DNA of 59,019 nucleotides from Acholeplasmataceae bacterium UBA5617 (GTDB taxonomy: Bacteria > Bacillota_I > Bacilli_A > Acholeplasmatales > Acholeplasmataceae): contig DIKN01000009.1 in assembly GCA_002424575.1 (NCBI GenBank), forward strand, positions 1-59,019, in the 5' to 3' direction. Under the pieces are notes generated by a model. The model was not told the origin of the DNA. It saw only the letters and a list, made by a program, of their open reading frames with translations, and made no database searches. Positions 10,777-21,231 of this stretch are shown here, piece after piece (the stretch's first letter is position 1; every line of letters starts with the position of its first letter). The position numbers and the translations under genes were made by a program.

Positions 10777-11925
10777 TTAATATTTATCCTGAGCGATTCT
10801 TAAGAATGCAACGGCATGGTGATCCATCTTCAATAAGTAATTTTTACCTTCATGGAAAAATGCAAAATCACGACGCATGGTGATGGTCGGGTTAGATATC
10901 TCTTCAAGAGGTATGTTCTTGACGTAGTCTCCGCTGAAGATGAAGCGGTGATTTTCATAGCGTAGTTCAATACGTCCAATTTCATCCATCGAGAGTGTCT
11001 CTTCATTCACAAAATAAAGAGTCGCTTGAGTTTGAAGTGGTGTTTGATGCAATGTTTCTTTGCGTGTACGTTGATACTTATTCCAGTCAATCAAATTATC
11101 ATATTTGAAACCCTGGATAAAACCATACTGATCCATGGTTCCCTGTGTTTTGCAAAACGAACAAGAAATGGTGTTTCCCATGGTATTGAGCGTGTGGACT
11201 TGGCCACATGCTGGACACGCATAAATGGCGTCTTCAAGCCCTTCTGCGAGGTTTTTTCCAGGACGTGGAATCATCTTTATCCGTTGATCGTCATAAGCGT
11301 TATAATAGAGTGCTTCTTTCATTTTTAGATTGATTTCATCAACGGTCATATCTTTGATTTTTTCTTTTGGAATCGTCAGTTCATAGTGCAATTCAATCGA
11401 GCGATTTTTTCTTTTTGCTGTCGCCCATCGTGGTTTTGAGAGGTATCCTCCACGCACGTTACATGTTATCACATCAATTTCAAGTTTTTTGATCAATTTC
11501 ATCGTGGATTCTTCGATGTATCCGGTCTCTCCATAAAAGGTCGTATCACCTTCAGGAAAAATGAGAATAGGGTAACCTCGTTTCACTGCACCGATCAAGT
11601 CTCTGACGGTTGATGTATCGCTTTGTCCTTTTTGTTTGCTGATGACATGTGCCACTTGACTGACTAAAAATCGGGTTGCTTTCTTTTTAAAAAGGGTTTG
11701 ATTAGCGACGATGAAAGGCACGTTTTTAAAGCGTAATGGAACATGGATAACATCGAACATAAACGTATGGTTTGCGAGCATGATAAACGGTTCTTTGCGC
11801 TTAAAACTGACACCTTGGCCCAGAAAGACCTGACGTTTCGCATCCATCCTCATCCAAAGATAAACAAGAGGTCTTAAAAGTTCTAACAGAATATTTTGTT
11901 GAATATCAATCCATCTTCTTTTCAT
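10777..11925 (-). CDS. PlsC-like lysophospholipid acyltransferase with Cys4 extension (paralogue of 1312-2568)
   Basis: NHTFMFD, IFPEG, CPAC...CSFC. ATG 11925 with GAGGT RBS. Confidence 0.82.
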   Translation of the reverse strand: MKRRWIDIQQNILLELLRPLVYLWMRMDAKRQVFLGQGVSFKRKEPFIMLANHTFMFDVIHVPLRFKNVPFIVANQTLFKKKATRFLVSQVAHVISKQKGQSDTSTVRDLIGAVKRGYPILIFPEGDTTFYGETGYIEESTMKLIKKLEIDVITCNVRGGYLSKPRWATAKRKNRSIELHYELTIPKEKIKDMTVDEINLKMKEALYYNAYDDQRIKMIPRPGKNLAEGLEDAIYACPACGQVHTLNTMGNTISCSFCKTQGTMDQYGFIQGFKYDNLIDWNKYQRTRKETLHQTPLQTQATLYFVNEETLSMDEIGRIELRYENHRFIFSGDYVKNIPLEEISNPTITMRRDFAFFHEGKNYLLKMDHHAVAFLRIAQDKY

Positions 11926-11926
11926 G

Positions 11927-12463
11927 TCAGACCTCAACAAGCAAATAGTGCTGCAAAGCAATAATGGTTTTGCCATCGGTGATGGATCCATCTTTAAGCA
12001 TGTTTTGGATCTGATATTTATCAACGATCATCACATCGATGGTTTCATCTTCGTCCATATCTTTAGGATGCTCAATTTTATAGCATGCGCGGGCAACAAA
12101 TAGATCGAGTCTTTCATCGGAATATCCAACACAAGGATCTACTGCGTAAAGTTTTTCCCATATTTTTGATCCATAACCTGTTTCTTCTTCGAGTTCTCTC
12201 ATCGCGCACATCAAACCATCTTCACCAACAACATCCTTTTTGCCAGCTGGGATTTCGATGCTCATTCTTTCGATGGGATATCTGTATTGTTTGGTTAAAA
12301 TGACATGACCCTCTGGTGTGATGGGTAAAACACAAGCACCACCTGGATGTTTGATCACAACACGCTGACTGATTCTTCCGTCATGTAATTTGACTTTGTC
12401 TTCATATAATTCAAGAAATGTGCATGAGTATTTTAATTCGCGATGAATTCTTGTTTCTTTCAT
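11927..12463 (-). CDS. nudF: NUDIX hydrolase, ADP-ribose pyrophosphatase type
   Basis: HPGG, QYRYP, EIPAGKKD...RELEEETG Nudix box. Confidence 0.85.
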   Translation of the reverse strand: MKETRIHRELKYSCTFLELYEDKVKLHDGRISQRVVIKHPGGACVLPITPEGHVILTKQYRYPIERMSIEIPAGKKDVVGEDGLMCAMRELEEETGYGSKIWEKLYAVDPCVGYSDERLDLFVARACYKIEHPKDMDEDETIDVMIVDKYQIQNMLKDGSITDGKTIIALQHYLLVEV

Positions 12464-12523
12464 GATTAACCTCGCTGTTAAAAAGTATGTTATTGGTCAA
12501 TATCATTTAAATGATCTTGTGTT

Positions 12524-13720
12524 TTATCCCAAATCTTTTTCTCTGATGAAATGTTCATAAATCTGCAAAGCATCTTGAACGACTTGTGGATGAACATGAT
12601 CGAGTGTATCGTTGGGGGTATGATAAACATGACTTCGCGATGAATTTGTCCATGGCATACCAATCAATGTCGTTGCATGAACGCCCTTTTTAGCAAGTTC
12701 GGCTGCGTCTGTTCCACCCGTTAGAAAAGCTTGTCGTTGTGTCTTCACGTGGATGCCTAAAGTATGTGCGTGCTGGACAAGTTCATGAGCAAGTTTTTCG
12801 TCCAAAGGTACAAAATCATTAAGGTCAGATGTTAAGAAGAAAAGCTCTTTTTCATCATAAAGACAATCCATATTTAAGAGATATGTTTTCGTCTTTTTGA
12901 AATGATCATGATGTTTTTTCGCAAATGCTCTCGCACCGCGTAAACCCTCTTCCTCAGCATCAAAACTCATAATAATGAGTCTGGTGTGTTCTAATCCTTG
13001 ACCTTCATCGCGCAATTCCTTAAAATGTTTACCTAATGATATAGCGATGGAGGATGCAATCAAATTATCCCCTGCACCAGGGGCAGCTTTTTTGGATTGA
13101 AAGAACCACATTTGTCCCACCAAACATGCACCCAGTGATAAGAGAAGATTGGTTGATAGACTAAACCAATCGATATGAATCAAGATTTGAAGTGTTGATA
13201 TCAATGTCATAAGGATGACAAAAAAGATGGATCCCGTTGTTCTGAGGTTGTAAAGTTTAGGTTGGTGGATGAAAAAATTAAAAACATGTGCACTGTCATG
13301 ATGCCCACTGATAATGATTTGTTGTTTGACTTCCTGTTTAGGATCAATGATTCCAAAGACGTTGCGTGCCGTTTTTTTAGGGTAAAACGTATCCAAAAGA
13401 GGGAGATATAAAAAGAATTGCAAGGTCAAAACAAGTATAGAAAAGATGGACAAAAGCAGTGCAACAACGGGCAGATTCACCCATAGAAAACCAACACCCA
13501 TCACATAACAAAAAACAAGAATGCGAATCCATCCCAAAAAAGCACCTTGATAAACATCAAAATCGTCTTTTTTTGTCTGATCAGCAAACGTTTCTATTTC
13601 TGCATGAAGTTCATCGGCACATTCAAGACTAGCTTTTGTTCCTGCAAGACGTGGACCATGATGTTTAATCAAACGATCGACACGTTCAAAGACTTCTTTT
13701 TGTATCTTAACAGCATCCAT
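12524..13720 (-). CDS. Membrane M28-family metallopeptidase
   Basis: SGHHDSA, GAGDN, DAEEEGLRG, NMD, YHTPND; about four TM segments; AGGTGA RBS. Confidence 0.8.
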   Translation of the reverse strand: MDAVKIQKEVFERVDRLIKHHGPRLAGTKASLECADELHAEIETFADQTKKDDFDVYQGAFLGWIRILVFCYVMGVGFLWVNLPVVALLLSIFSILVLTLQFFLYLPLLDTFYPKKTARNVFGIIDPKQEVKQQIIISGHHDSAHVFNFFIHQPKLYNLRTTGSIFFVILMTLISTLQILIHIDWFSLSTNLLLSLGACLVGQMWFFQSKKAAPGAGDNLIASSIAISLGKHFKELRDEGQGLEHTRLIIMSFDAEEEGLRGARAFAKKHHDHFKKTKTYLLNMDCLYDEKELFFLTSDLNDFVPLDEKLAHELVQHAHTLGIHVKTQRQAFLTGGTDAAELAKKGVHATTLIGMPWTNSSRSHVYHTPNDTLDHVHPQVVQDALQIYEHFIREKDLG

Positions 13721-13721
13721 A

Positions 13722-14822
13722 TTAATCACCTACATTCAGACGAAACTTCATCACGACAGGATGATGATCCGCATCACGAAACCCAAGATCAAGAGTCATG
13801 GCCCCTGGGGCACTTACGCCATCATAAGATAAGACAGTGATATTACTTGAAACGATATATCCATCAATGATGTAATACTGTGTTAACTCACTTTCAGGAT
13901 CATAAGGTTGATTGAGTAGACGACATGATGGTGTCGTTGTATCTATTTCAAAGGAATAACCGGTTGGTAAGTAAGTGTCTTCAATGGCATAAGCTTCCCA
14001 TAAACCTTCTTTAACTGGATAAAGATTAGAAGCTTCAGGGAAGGTTTGATTGAAATCACCTCCAACGATGACATAATGACCTGCTGTGTGAAGTTCTTCA
14101 AGATAACTTTTTAGAAAAGCCATTTCTTGTTCTCTTAAAGTACCACTTGCATCATATGCCGATAAATGAAGGTTGATGATATATAGATCTTGATCAATAT
14201 CTTCAATATCCAACACAGAAACCATTAACGCGCGTTTAAGATTCGCTACGCGAAGTGGCCAACTGAATGCTCCTGGGAGTTGATATCGTGTGGAGGAGCT
14301 GACATGATAGGTGGTATACGTTGCGAGTCCACTTTCAACATAACCGATATAATCTGTTAACGATACAGGAAAAGGCACGAAAGGTGACTTGAAATTGTAT
14401 GCGAACTGCGTGCTATACTGATCACCCAGTTGTCCTGTGATACCTAAAACTTGATCGATTTGATAACTTCGACGTGCTTTAAGATCGACTTCCTGGAGCA
14501 AATAAAAATCAGAAGGATAGTTCATGAGCGTTTCTTTTATCCCAGTAAAGTAATTTTCAACAACTTCGCGACTTGATGGGATGCCCTGCTTACCACCGTC
14601 CATGACAAAATCCTCAAGTTCACCTAATCCCGCATATCCGATGTTATAGATCATGATTGAAAGATCGGTATTGAGTGTGATGATTCGCTCCCGATTATTT
14701 TCAATCGGCAATTGGATCTCATCTTCAGGGCGATATTCGAGCAGTGTCATGATACCCAAAAAAGCACCAATGAGTACAAAAAGTGAAAGGAAAATAATCA
14801 TTACCATTTTAAGGATTTTCAT
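13722..14822 (-). CDS. Membrane-anchored endonuclease/exonuclease/phosphatase-family protein
   Basis: N-terminal TM; YNIGY, LQEVD, NLHLSAY, GGDFN, IDG, DHHP. Confidence 0.85.
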   Translation of the reverse strand: MKILKMVMIIFLSLFVLIGAFLGIMTLLEYRPEDEIQLPIENNRERIITLNTDLSIMIYNIGYAGLGELEDFVMDGGKQGIPSSREVVENYFTGIKETLMNYPSDFYLLQEVDLKARRSYQIDQVLGITGQLGDQYSTQFAYNFKSPFVPFPVSLTDYIGYVESGLATYTTYHVSSSTRYQLPGAFSWPLRVANLKRALMVSVLDIEDIDQDLYIINLHLSAYDASGTLREQEMAFLKSYLEELHTAGHYVIVGGDFNQTFPEASNLYPVKEGLWEAYAIEDTYLPTGYSFEIDTTTPSCRLLNQPYDPESELTQYYIIDGYIVSSNITVLSYDGVSAPGAMTLDLGFRDADHHPVVMKFRLNVGD

Positions 14823-14878
14823 CACATAACCTCCCTTATTGACTTTCATGATTTTTATATTTTGATTTCATATAGTTC

Positions 14879-14904
14879 AAAAAAGGAACGCAAGAGCCGT
14901 TCCT
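14879..14904 (-). terminator. Intrinsic terminator after fumarase beta subunit
   Basis: AGGAACG-gctcttg-CGTTCCT followed by T-run on the minus strand. Confidence 0.7.
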
Positions 14905-15460
14905 AATCTTCAAGTGGTTTTATTTGGTACTTTTTCACTTCATCGATGATCAAGTTACCACCATAGATATCATAGGTCACAATGGCGGGAAAATCTTTGA
15001 CTTCAAGACGATAAATAGCTTCTGCACCTAAATCATGATAGAGCACGACTTCAGAAGATATCACTTTGCGTGATAAAAGAGCACCTGCTCCACCAACTGC
15101 TTGTAGATATACCCCTTTTTCAACGATCATATCTTGAACAAAAGCATCACTTCGATCGCCTTTACCAATCATCACTTTCAAACCTTCCTTCATAAGACGC
15201 GTTGAATAAGCATCCATCCGGTAGGAAGATGTGGGTCCACACGATCCAATCGGTCGACCGGGTTTTGCTGGTGTTGGACCGACATAATAAATCACTTGTC
15301 CCTTAAAATCAATCGGTAGTTTTTCGTGTCGATCAAGTGATTCAACGAGTCTTTTGTGAGCTGCATCACGACCTGTATAAATGACGCCTGAAAAATAAAC
15401 AATTTCTCCAGCGCGCATCTTAGCGATATCTTGATCGGTAATCGGTGTTTTCACGTACAT
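14903..15460 (-). CDS. Class I fumarate hydratase beta subunit (probable mesaconase by context)
   Basis: TGRDAAHKR, GPTSSYRM, IGKG, LGAEAI. Confidence 0.88.
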   Translation of the reverse strand: MYVKTPITDQDIAKMRAGEIVYFSGVIYTGRDAAHKRLVESLDRHEKLPIDFKGQVIYYVGPTPAKPGRPIGSCGPTSSYRMDAYSTRLMKEGLKVMIGKGDRSDAFVQDMIVEKGVYLQAVGGAGALLSRKVISSEVVLYHDLGAEAIYRLEVKDFPAIVTYDIYGGNLIIDEVKKYQIKPLED

Positions 15461-15468
15461 ATGTTCAC

Positions 15469-16308
15469 CTATATGACACTTTCTTTATGGCGTGATGCAT
15501 GACATTGCAAGTTGATCGCAACTGGCAGGGATGCAATATGACATGGGTAGCTATTAATCTTGACAGCTAAAGCGGTTGTCGATCCACCAAAACCCATCGG
15601 ACCTACACCCAATTCGTTGATTTCATCAAGTAATTCTTTCTCTAATTGAGCTAAAACGGGATCAGGATTCACATCATGGATATCACGCATGATAGCTTCT
15701 TTGGCAATCATCGCTGACTTTTCAAGATTTCCACCTAAACCGATGCCAACAACAAGTGGGGGACATGGTTTTCCTCCCGCGTAAAAGATGGTATGGAGAA
15801 CAAGTTTTTTTATCCCTTCAATACCATCAGAGGGGACAAGCATTTTGACAAGACTCATGTTTTCAGACCCACCACCTTTAGGTGCTAGTGTGATTTTGAT
15901 CTTGTCACCTGGAACCAATTTCACATGGATTACTGCTGGAGTATTGTCGTTGGTGTTTCCACGAGTAATCGGATGTTTTGCCACTGATTTCCGAAGGAAA
16001 CCTTCTTCATAAGCCTGTCGAACGCCTTCATTGATGGCCTCATAAAGGTCACCTTTAAGATGAACGTCGTAACCCAATTCAACGAAAACAACAACCATAC
16101 CTGTATCTTGACACATCGGTTCTTTATGTTCCATCGCAATCGTATCGTTTTCAATGATCTGCTCGATTACATTTTGTCCGATTCCCGATTTTTCTTTTTT
16201 CAAAGCTTCTCTTAAAACATCAATAAAGGATTTTCCTATGTTGCAGTTTGCGTCAATCGCGAGCGCTTTGACGGTGCTTGTGATGGTTTCCATCTCAATA
16301 TATCGCAT
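15469..16308 (-). CDS. Class I fumarate hydratase alpha (Fe-S) subunit (probable mesaconase by context)
   Basis: PMCQDTG, PKGGGSEN, PCPP, HIASLPVA, CHASRH. Start corrected to ATG 16308 (GGTGA RBS). Confidence 0.88.
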   Translation of the reverse strand: MRYIEMETITSTVKALAIDANCNIGKSFIDVLREALKKEKSGIGQNVIEQIIENDTIAMEHKEPMCQDTGMVVVFVELGYDVHLKGDLYEAINEGVRQAYEEGFLRKSVAKHPITRGNTNDNTPAVIHVKLVPGDKIKITLAPKGGGSENMSLVKMLVPSDGIEGIKKLVLHTIFYAGGKPCPPLVVGIGLGGNLEKSAMIAKEAIMRDIHDVNPDPVLAQLEKELLDEINELGVGPMGFGGSTTALAVKINSYPCHIASLPVAINLQCHASRHKESVI

Positions 16309-16365
16309 AACATCACCCAATCTCATTATACACGAAAAAAAGTCAAACGCAAATGAAGGAAGGTG

Positions 16366-16417
16366 TTGTATTTTTAGGCGCTTTGTATTACAATACAAGT
16401 GTATGTAAGCGTTTTAT
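16366..16417 (+). promoter_or_regulatory. Promoter of glutamate mutase operon with overlapping palindrome and downstream cre-like site
   Basis: TTGTAT(16366)-17-TACAAT(16389); inverted repeat TTGTATT-ac-AATACAA 16383-16398; TGTAAGCGTTTTAT 16404-16417. Confidence 0.65.
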
Positions 16418-16447
16418 TTTTTATCAATCTCGAGGCTGGAGGAAGTC

Positions 16448-16858
16448 ATGAAAACAATTGTTATTGGCGTTATCGGAGCCGATGTTCACGCTGTGGGGAA
16501 TAGAATCATCGAGTATACGTTAACACGCGAAGGCTATAACGTAGTCAACGTCGGTGTGTTATCGTCACAAGAAGATTTTATCAATGCAGCGATTGAAACG
16601 TCGGCTCATTTAATTATGGTGTCATCTTTATACGGACATGGTGAGTTAGATTGCCGTGGTATGCGTGATAAATGTAATGAAGCAGGACTTAAGGATATCA
16701 TTCTTTATGTTGGTGGAAATATCGTGGTCGGTAAACAAGATTTTAAAGATGTTGAAAAACGATTTAAAGATATGGGATTCAATCGTGTTTATCCCCCAGG
16801 AACGACCATCGATATGGTTCTCGACACCATCAAGGCAGACTTGGAGGGTCTTGAATGA
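16448..16858 (+). CDS. glmS: Glutamate (methylaspartate) mutase S subunit, B12-binding
   Basis: DVHAVG (DxHxxG), SSLYG, YVGG, RVYPPG; GGAGG RBS. Confidence 0.95.
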   Translation: MKTIVIGVIGADVHAVGNRIIEYTLTREGYNVVNVGVLSSQEDFINAAIETSAHLIMVSSLYGHGELDCRGMRDKCNEAGLKDIILYVGGNIVVGKQDFKDVEKRFKDMGFNRVYPPGTTIDMVLDTIKADLEGLE

Positions 16859-18237
16859 GATGTTATCTACTCGTTGATTTTGGATCGACATTCACCAAAT
16901 TAACCGCTGTTAATCTTGACAAAGAAGACATTCTCGCTACCGCTAAAGCAGTGACAACTGTTGAAACGAACATCATTGAAGGTTATGAACGAGCGCTTCA
17001 AGAGCTATATAACACCATCGGTGGTGCGATATCCTTTGAAAAGGTGATTGCATGTTCATCAGCTGCTGGTGGTTTAAAGATGGTTGCCATCGGTTTAGTT
17101 GAAGAACTCACAACCGAAGCTGCAAAACGCGTTTGCTTAGGTGCTGGTGCAAAAGTCGAACTGGTTTTATCACATCATATCAACAATCAAGAAATTCAAA
17201 AAATTTTAGACAAAAAGATTGATATTATTCTTTTAGCCGGTGGGGCTAACGGAGGAAATAAAGAATGTGTGATTCATAATGCACAAAAACTTGCATCTTC
17301 TTCCATCACAGCACCCATCGTTTTTGCTGGAAATAAAGATGCGATCGATGAAGTCACTGAGATTCTTTCAGAAGCGCACAAAATGTTTTTTATTTGTGAA
17401 AACGTGATGCCAAAACTTAACGTGCTCAACATCGATGACGCAAGAGATCGCATCAAAGACATTTTTGTTAAAAACATCATTGAGGCTAAAGGCATCAAAA
17501 AGGTCGAAGCCATTATCGATCGCGTTGTCCTCCCTACACCACATGCCGTCTTGATGGCAGCTGAACTTTTAAGCAAAGGCTTTGGTGATGAAAAAGGGTG
17601 GGGTGACTTAGTTCTCACCGATGTCGGTGGTGCAACCACGGATCTTTATTCGATCGCAGAAGGACTGCCCACACAAATGAATGCCGTTTTATCAGGTCTT
17701 GAAGAACCATTTGCTAAACGCACCGTTGAAGGTGATTTAGGAATGCGCTATTCTGCATCAGGTATTTTACAAGCTATGACGCCTTCAGATATTGAACACT
17801 ATCGTGCTCAAGGTATCGACATGGTTCAAGAATGTGCAAAAAGACATGCAGATATTGGGTGGATTCCATCAACACATGAAGAGTTTATGGTTGAGAATTT
17901 ACTCGCGAGCACTTGCATCGATGTTGCTCTTTCAAGACATGTAGGCACTCTCAAGAGTGTGTACACGCCCATGGGAATGATGTATCATCAAACAGGAAAA
18001 GATTTGACACGTGTGGGTGCTATGATTGGTACCGGTGGTGTCGTCATTAAAAGTGAATCACCAAAACAACTCCTTGAGCAATCACTCAAACATGCACTAA
18101 AACCACATGAATTAAGACCTAAAAATCCCCAATATTATCTTGATCAGGATTACATTTTATCCGCCATGGGACTTCTCTCCATGGAAAATCCCACACTCGC
18201 ACTCCGTATCATGAAAAAACGGATTGTCAAACTTTAG
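16855..18237 (+). CDS. glmL: Glutamate mutase accessory/reactivating ATPase GlmL (MutL)
   Basis: [32 protein letters not shown]; lies between the S and E subunit genes. Confidence 0.92.
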   Translation: MRCYLLVDFGSTFTKLTAVNLDKEDILATAKAVTTVETNIIEGYERALQELYNTIGGAISFEKVIACSSAAGGLKMVAIGLVEELTTEAAKRVCLGAGAKVELVLSHHINNQEIQKILDKKIDIILLAGGANGGNKECVIHNAQKLASSSITAPIVFAGNKDAIDEVTEILSEAHKMFFICENVMPKLNVLNIDDARDRIKDIFVKNIIEAKGIKKVEAIIDRVVLPTPHAVLMAAELLSKGFGDEKGWGDLVLTDVGGATTDLYSIAEGLPTQMNAVLSGLEEPFAKRTVEGDLGMRYSASGILQAMTPSDIEHYRAQGIDMVQECAKRHADIGWIPSTHEEFMVENLLASTCIDVALSRHVGTLKSVYTPMGMMYHQTGKDLTRVGAMIGTGGVVIKSESPKQLLEQSLKHALKPHELRPKNPQYYLDQDYILSAMGLLSMENPTLALRIMKKRIVKL

Positions 18238-18246
18238 GAGAAAACT

Positions 18247-19713
18247 ATGCACGTTGTGAACAAAAAATGGCCACTCGAAAAATTTTTATCCATGCGTAAA
18301 GAAGTTCTCGCATCATGGCCAACTGGGCAAGATCCACTTTTGGAATTAGATCAGGCGATCGAGACCTTAAGACATGTACCTGATCATAAAAACTTTGCTC
18401 TTAAATTGATGAAAGCTAAGTCAGAGTCACGCACCTATGTGCAACCTCGCGCAGGTGTCGCTCTGCTCAATGAACACATTGACCTCATGCGTCATCTCGA
18501 ACAAGCTGGTGCTGATTTTTTACCATCTACGATTGATTCATACACCCGTCAAAATCGTTACGCTGAAGCTGAGGAAGGAATCATGGTCTCGCAAAAAGAA
18601 GGACGATCGATGTTAAATGGTTTTCCTGCGGTTAACCATGGTGTTCGAGCATGTAAAGAGGTTTTAGATGCTGTCAATGTCCCCCTTCAAGCACGACATG
18701 GAACACCAGATGCGCGTTTGCTTGCTGAAATCATTCACGCTGCAGGTTGGACATCGAATGAAGGTGGCGGGATTTCTTATAATTTGCCCTATGCAAAAAA
18801 TATATCGCTTAGCGATTCCATCTACTATTGGCAGTATTGTGATCGTTTAGTTGGTTTCTATGAAGACCATGGCATTCACATCAACCGTGAACCTTTTGGA
18901 CCACTGACAGGAACGCTTGTTCCACCCTCGATTGCCATTACGATTGGCATTATTGAGGCACTTCTTGCTGCAGAGCAAGGTGTTAAAAACATCACCGTGG
19001 GATATGGGCAGTGTGGCAACGTCAACCAAGATGTCGCAGCGATTCATATGCTCCAAGAACTTACGGAGGAATATCTTAAAAAAGAAGGCTATGATGTTTT
19101 TGTCACCACAGTCTTCCATCAATGGATGGGAGGGTTTCCTCAAGATGAAGCTAAAGCATCAGGTTTAATCGCCATGGCATCGACGGTTGCTGCTCTTGCG
19201 GGAGCAACCAAAATGATTACAAAGACTCCCTATGAATCCATTGGTGTACCCACCAAAGAGATCAATGCTTTTGGTATAAGAGAATCAAAAATGGTGATTT
19301 CACTCTTAAAAGATCAAAAAATGCCCCATTCATCCGAACTTAACATCGAAAAAGCACAGATTCGTGCTGAAGTTGATTGTTTGATGCGAAGTGTGTATGA
19401 ACTCGGTGAGGGTGACCTCGCTGTGGGTACCATCAAAGCTTTTGAACAAGGCGTCATTGATGTTCCATTTGCGCCATCCAAACAAAATCAAAACAAGGTT
19501 CTCCCCGCACGCGATAATGAAGGCTGCGTGCGCATCCTTGAATTCGGTAACCTCGGAATGACCCAAGAAATTAAAGCTTTCCATAAAGCTAAACTCGACG
19601 AAAGGGCAAAAGCTGAGGGGCGTCCAATTACCTTCCAGATGACTGTTGATGACATCTATGCAGTCTCAATGGGTGAATTGATCGGTAGACCTCAGCCAAA
19701 CAAAAAGCGATAA
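18247..19713 (+). CDS. glmE: Glutamate mutase E subunit
   Basis: [50 protein letters not shown]. Confidence 0.96.
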   Translation: MHVVNKKWPLEKFLSMRKEVLASWPTGQDPLLELDQAIETLRHVPDHKNFALKLMKAKSESRTYVQPRAGVALLNEHIDLMRHLEQAGADFLPSTIDSYTRQNRYAEAEEGIMVSQKEGRSMLNGFPAVNHGVRACKEVLDAVNVPLQARHGTPDARLLAEIIHAAGWTSNEGGGISYNLPYAKNISLSDSIYYWQYCDRLVGFYEDHGIHINREPFGPLTGTLVPPSIAITIGIIEALLAAEQGVKNITVGYGQCGNVNQDVAAIHMLQELTEEYLKKEGYDVFVTTVFHQWMGGFPQDEAKASGLIAMASTVAALAGATKMITKTPYESIGVPTKEINAFGIRESKMVISLLKDQKMPHSSELNIEKAQIRAEVDCLMRSVYELGEGDLAVGTIKAFEQGVIDVPFAPSKQNQNKVLPARDNEGCVRILEFGNLGMTQEIKAFHKAKLDERAKAEGRPITFQMTVDDIYAVSMGELIGRPQPNKKR

Positions 19714-19714
19714 C

Positions 19715-20968
19715 ATGAAGATTACGAACGTCATTTTGACAAAAAGTTATACAGGGTTTTATTTTGACGATCAAAAAGCCATTAAAAATGATGCGACAAA
19801 AGATGGGTTTCTCTATGTAGGACAAGCGATGACAGAAGGTTTTTCGAATATTCGTGTCCCCGGTGAAGCCGTGTCGATTCAGCTTCTTTTAGACTCTGGC
19901 GATATTGGTATCGGTGATTGTGCTGCTGTACAATATTCAGGCGCAGGTGGACGAGATCCTCTCTTTTTAGCCGATGATTTTATCCCACTCATTCAACAAT
20001 TCATCGTACCTCAACTGATTGGTGAAGATGTTTCAAGTTTTAGAAAAATAGCTGAAAAATATGACCATCTACACGTCAACGGACAGCGCATCCATACCGC
20101 CATTCGTTATGGCATCACACAGGCTTTGCTTTCAGCAACTGCACTTTCTACCAAGCGAAGCATGGCTGAAGTGATCAGAGACGAATACCATCCCGAGTTA
20201 AAAACACTCCATCATATTCCCATCTTTGCACAATCGGGTGATGACCGTTATAACAATGTTGATAAAATGATTTTAAAAGAAGTCGATGCTATGCCTCATG
20301 GCTTAATCAATAACGTGAAAGAAAAGTTAGGATATCGAGGTGAATTGCTCAAAGAATATATTCGCTGGATGCGTGATCGTGTTCTATCGAAGCGCGCCCA
20401 TGACCATTATTTACCAACCTTTCATATCGATGTTTATGGTACGATTGGCATCGCATTTAAAAATGATTACGATCAAATCGTTAACTACTTGATTGATCTT
20501 GCAGAAACAGCAAAACCTTTCTTCTTGCGAATCGAAGGTCCTATCGATACAGGAGATCGTGAAGGCACCATGATTGCACTGCGTGAAATCACGAAGCGTC
20601 TCGATGAAAAAGGAACACCACTTGAAATTGTTGCCGATGAATGGTGTAATACACTCGAAGATATCCGTTATTTTGCTGACCAAAAAGCTGGTCATGTTCT
20701 TCAAATAAAAACACCTGATTTAGGTGGGATTAACAACATTGCTGAAGCAATTTTATATTGTAAATCCAAAAACATAGGTGCTTATTGTGGTGGAACATGC
20801 AACGAAACCAATCTATCTGCAGAAGCGACCACATCAGTTGCAATCGCATGTGAAGCAGACTTATGTTTAGCAAAACCCGCCATGGATGTGGATTCGGGTT
20901 ATATGATTGTTCATAATATGATGGAACGTGTCATTGCCTTATCTGAAGCGCGTTCAAAAAAGGACTGA
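19715..20968 (+). CDS. mal: Methylaspartate ammonia-lyase
   Basis: GFYFDDQ, CAAVQYSGAGGRDP, QSGDDRY, PHGLINN, ADEWCN, KTPDLGG, GGTCNET. Confidence 0.96.
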   Translation: MKITNVILTKSYTGFYFDDQKAIKNDATKDGFLYVGQAMTEGFSNIRVPGEAVSIQLLLDSGDIGIGDCAAVQYSGAGGRDPLFLADDFIPLIQQFIVPQLIGEDVSSFRKIAEKYDHLHVNGQRIHTAIRYGITQALLSATALSTKRSMAEVIRDEYHPELKTLHHIPIFAQSGDDRYNNVDKMILKEVDAMPHGLINNVKEKLGYRGELLKEYIRWMRDRVLSKRAHDHYLPTFHIDVYGTIGIAFKNDYDQIVNYLIDLAETAKPFFLRIEGPIDTGDREGTMIALREITKRLDEKGTPLEIVADEWCNTLEDIRYFADQKAGHVLQIKTPDLGGINNIAEAILYCKSKNIGAYCGGTCNETNLSAEATTSVAIACEADLCLAKPAMDVDSGYMIVHNMMERVIALSEARSKKD

Positions 20969-21231
20969 TGATATTGTCTTACGCCAGTGCAGGAACACTC
21001 TCTTCAAATGATTGCTTCATTACGGTAGAGCATGCTGAACAGTTGGAGATCACCATTGAAAGCATCGTTTTGGATGCGTTTGGTGACCAAATTGAACAGG
21101 TGATACGCGGTGTTCTCAAACAATTAAAGATTAAAAAGCTCAAAGTGCTTGTTCAGGATAAAGGTGCACTCGACTACACCATCAAAGCACGGTTGATCAC
21201 AGCACTTCATCGATTGGAGAAAAAAGCATGA
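20968..21231 (+). CDS. citD: Citrate-lyase-type acyl carrier protein (gamma); probable citramalate lyase ACP
   Basis: AGTLSSND (prosthetic-group Ser region), DKGALD. Confidence 0.88.
   Translation: MILSYASAGTLSSNDCFITVEHAEQLEITIESIVLDAFGDQIEQVIRGVLKQLKIKKLKVLVQDKGALDYTIKARLITALHRLEKKA

Noticed and set aside
15469-16398. Long N-terminal extensions given by the ORF track (also for citC, sua5, thioesterase, nfnB, groES and others)
   Set aside because: Downstream ATGs have proper RBSs and match family N-termini; the extensions run through promoters or neighbouring genes.
16448-18237. Reading glmS/mutL as glucosamine-6-phosphate synthase or mismatch-repair MutL
   Set aside because: Name collision only; the motifs are those of B12 glutamate mutase S and its accessory ATPase.
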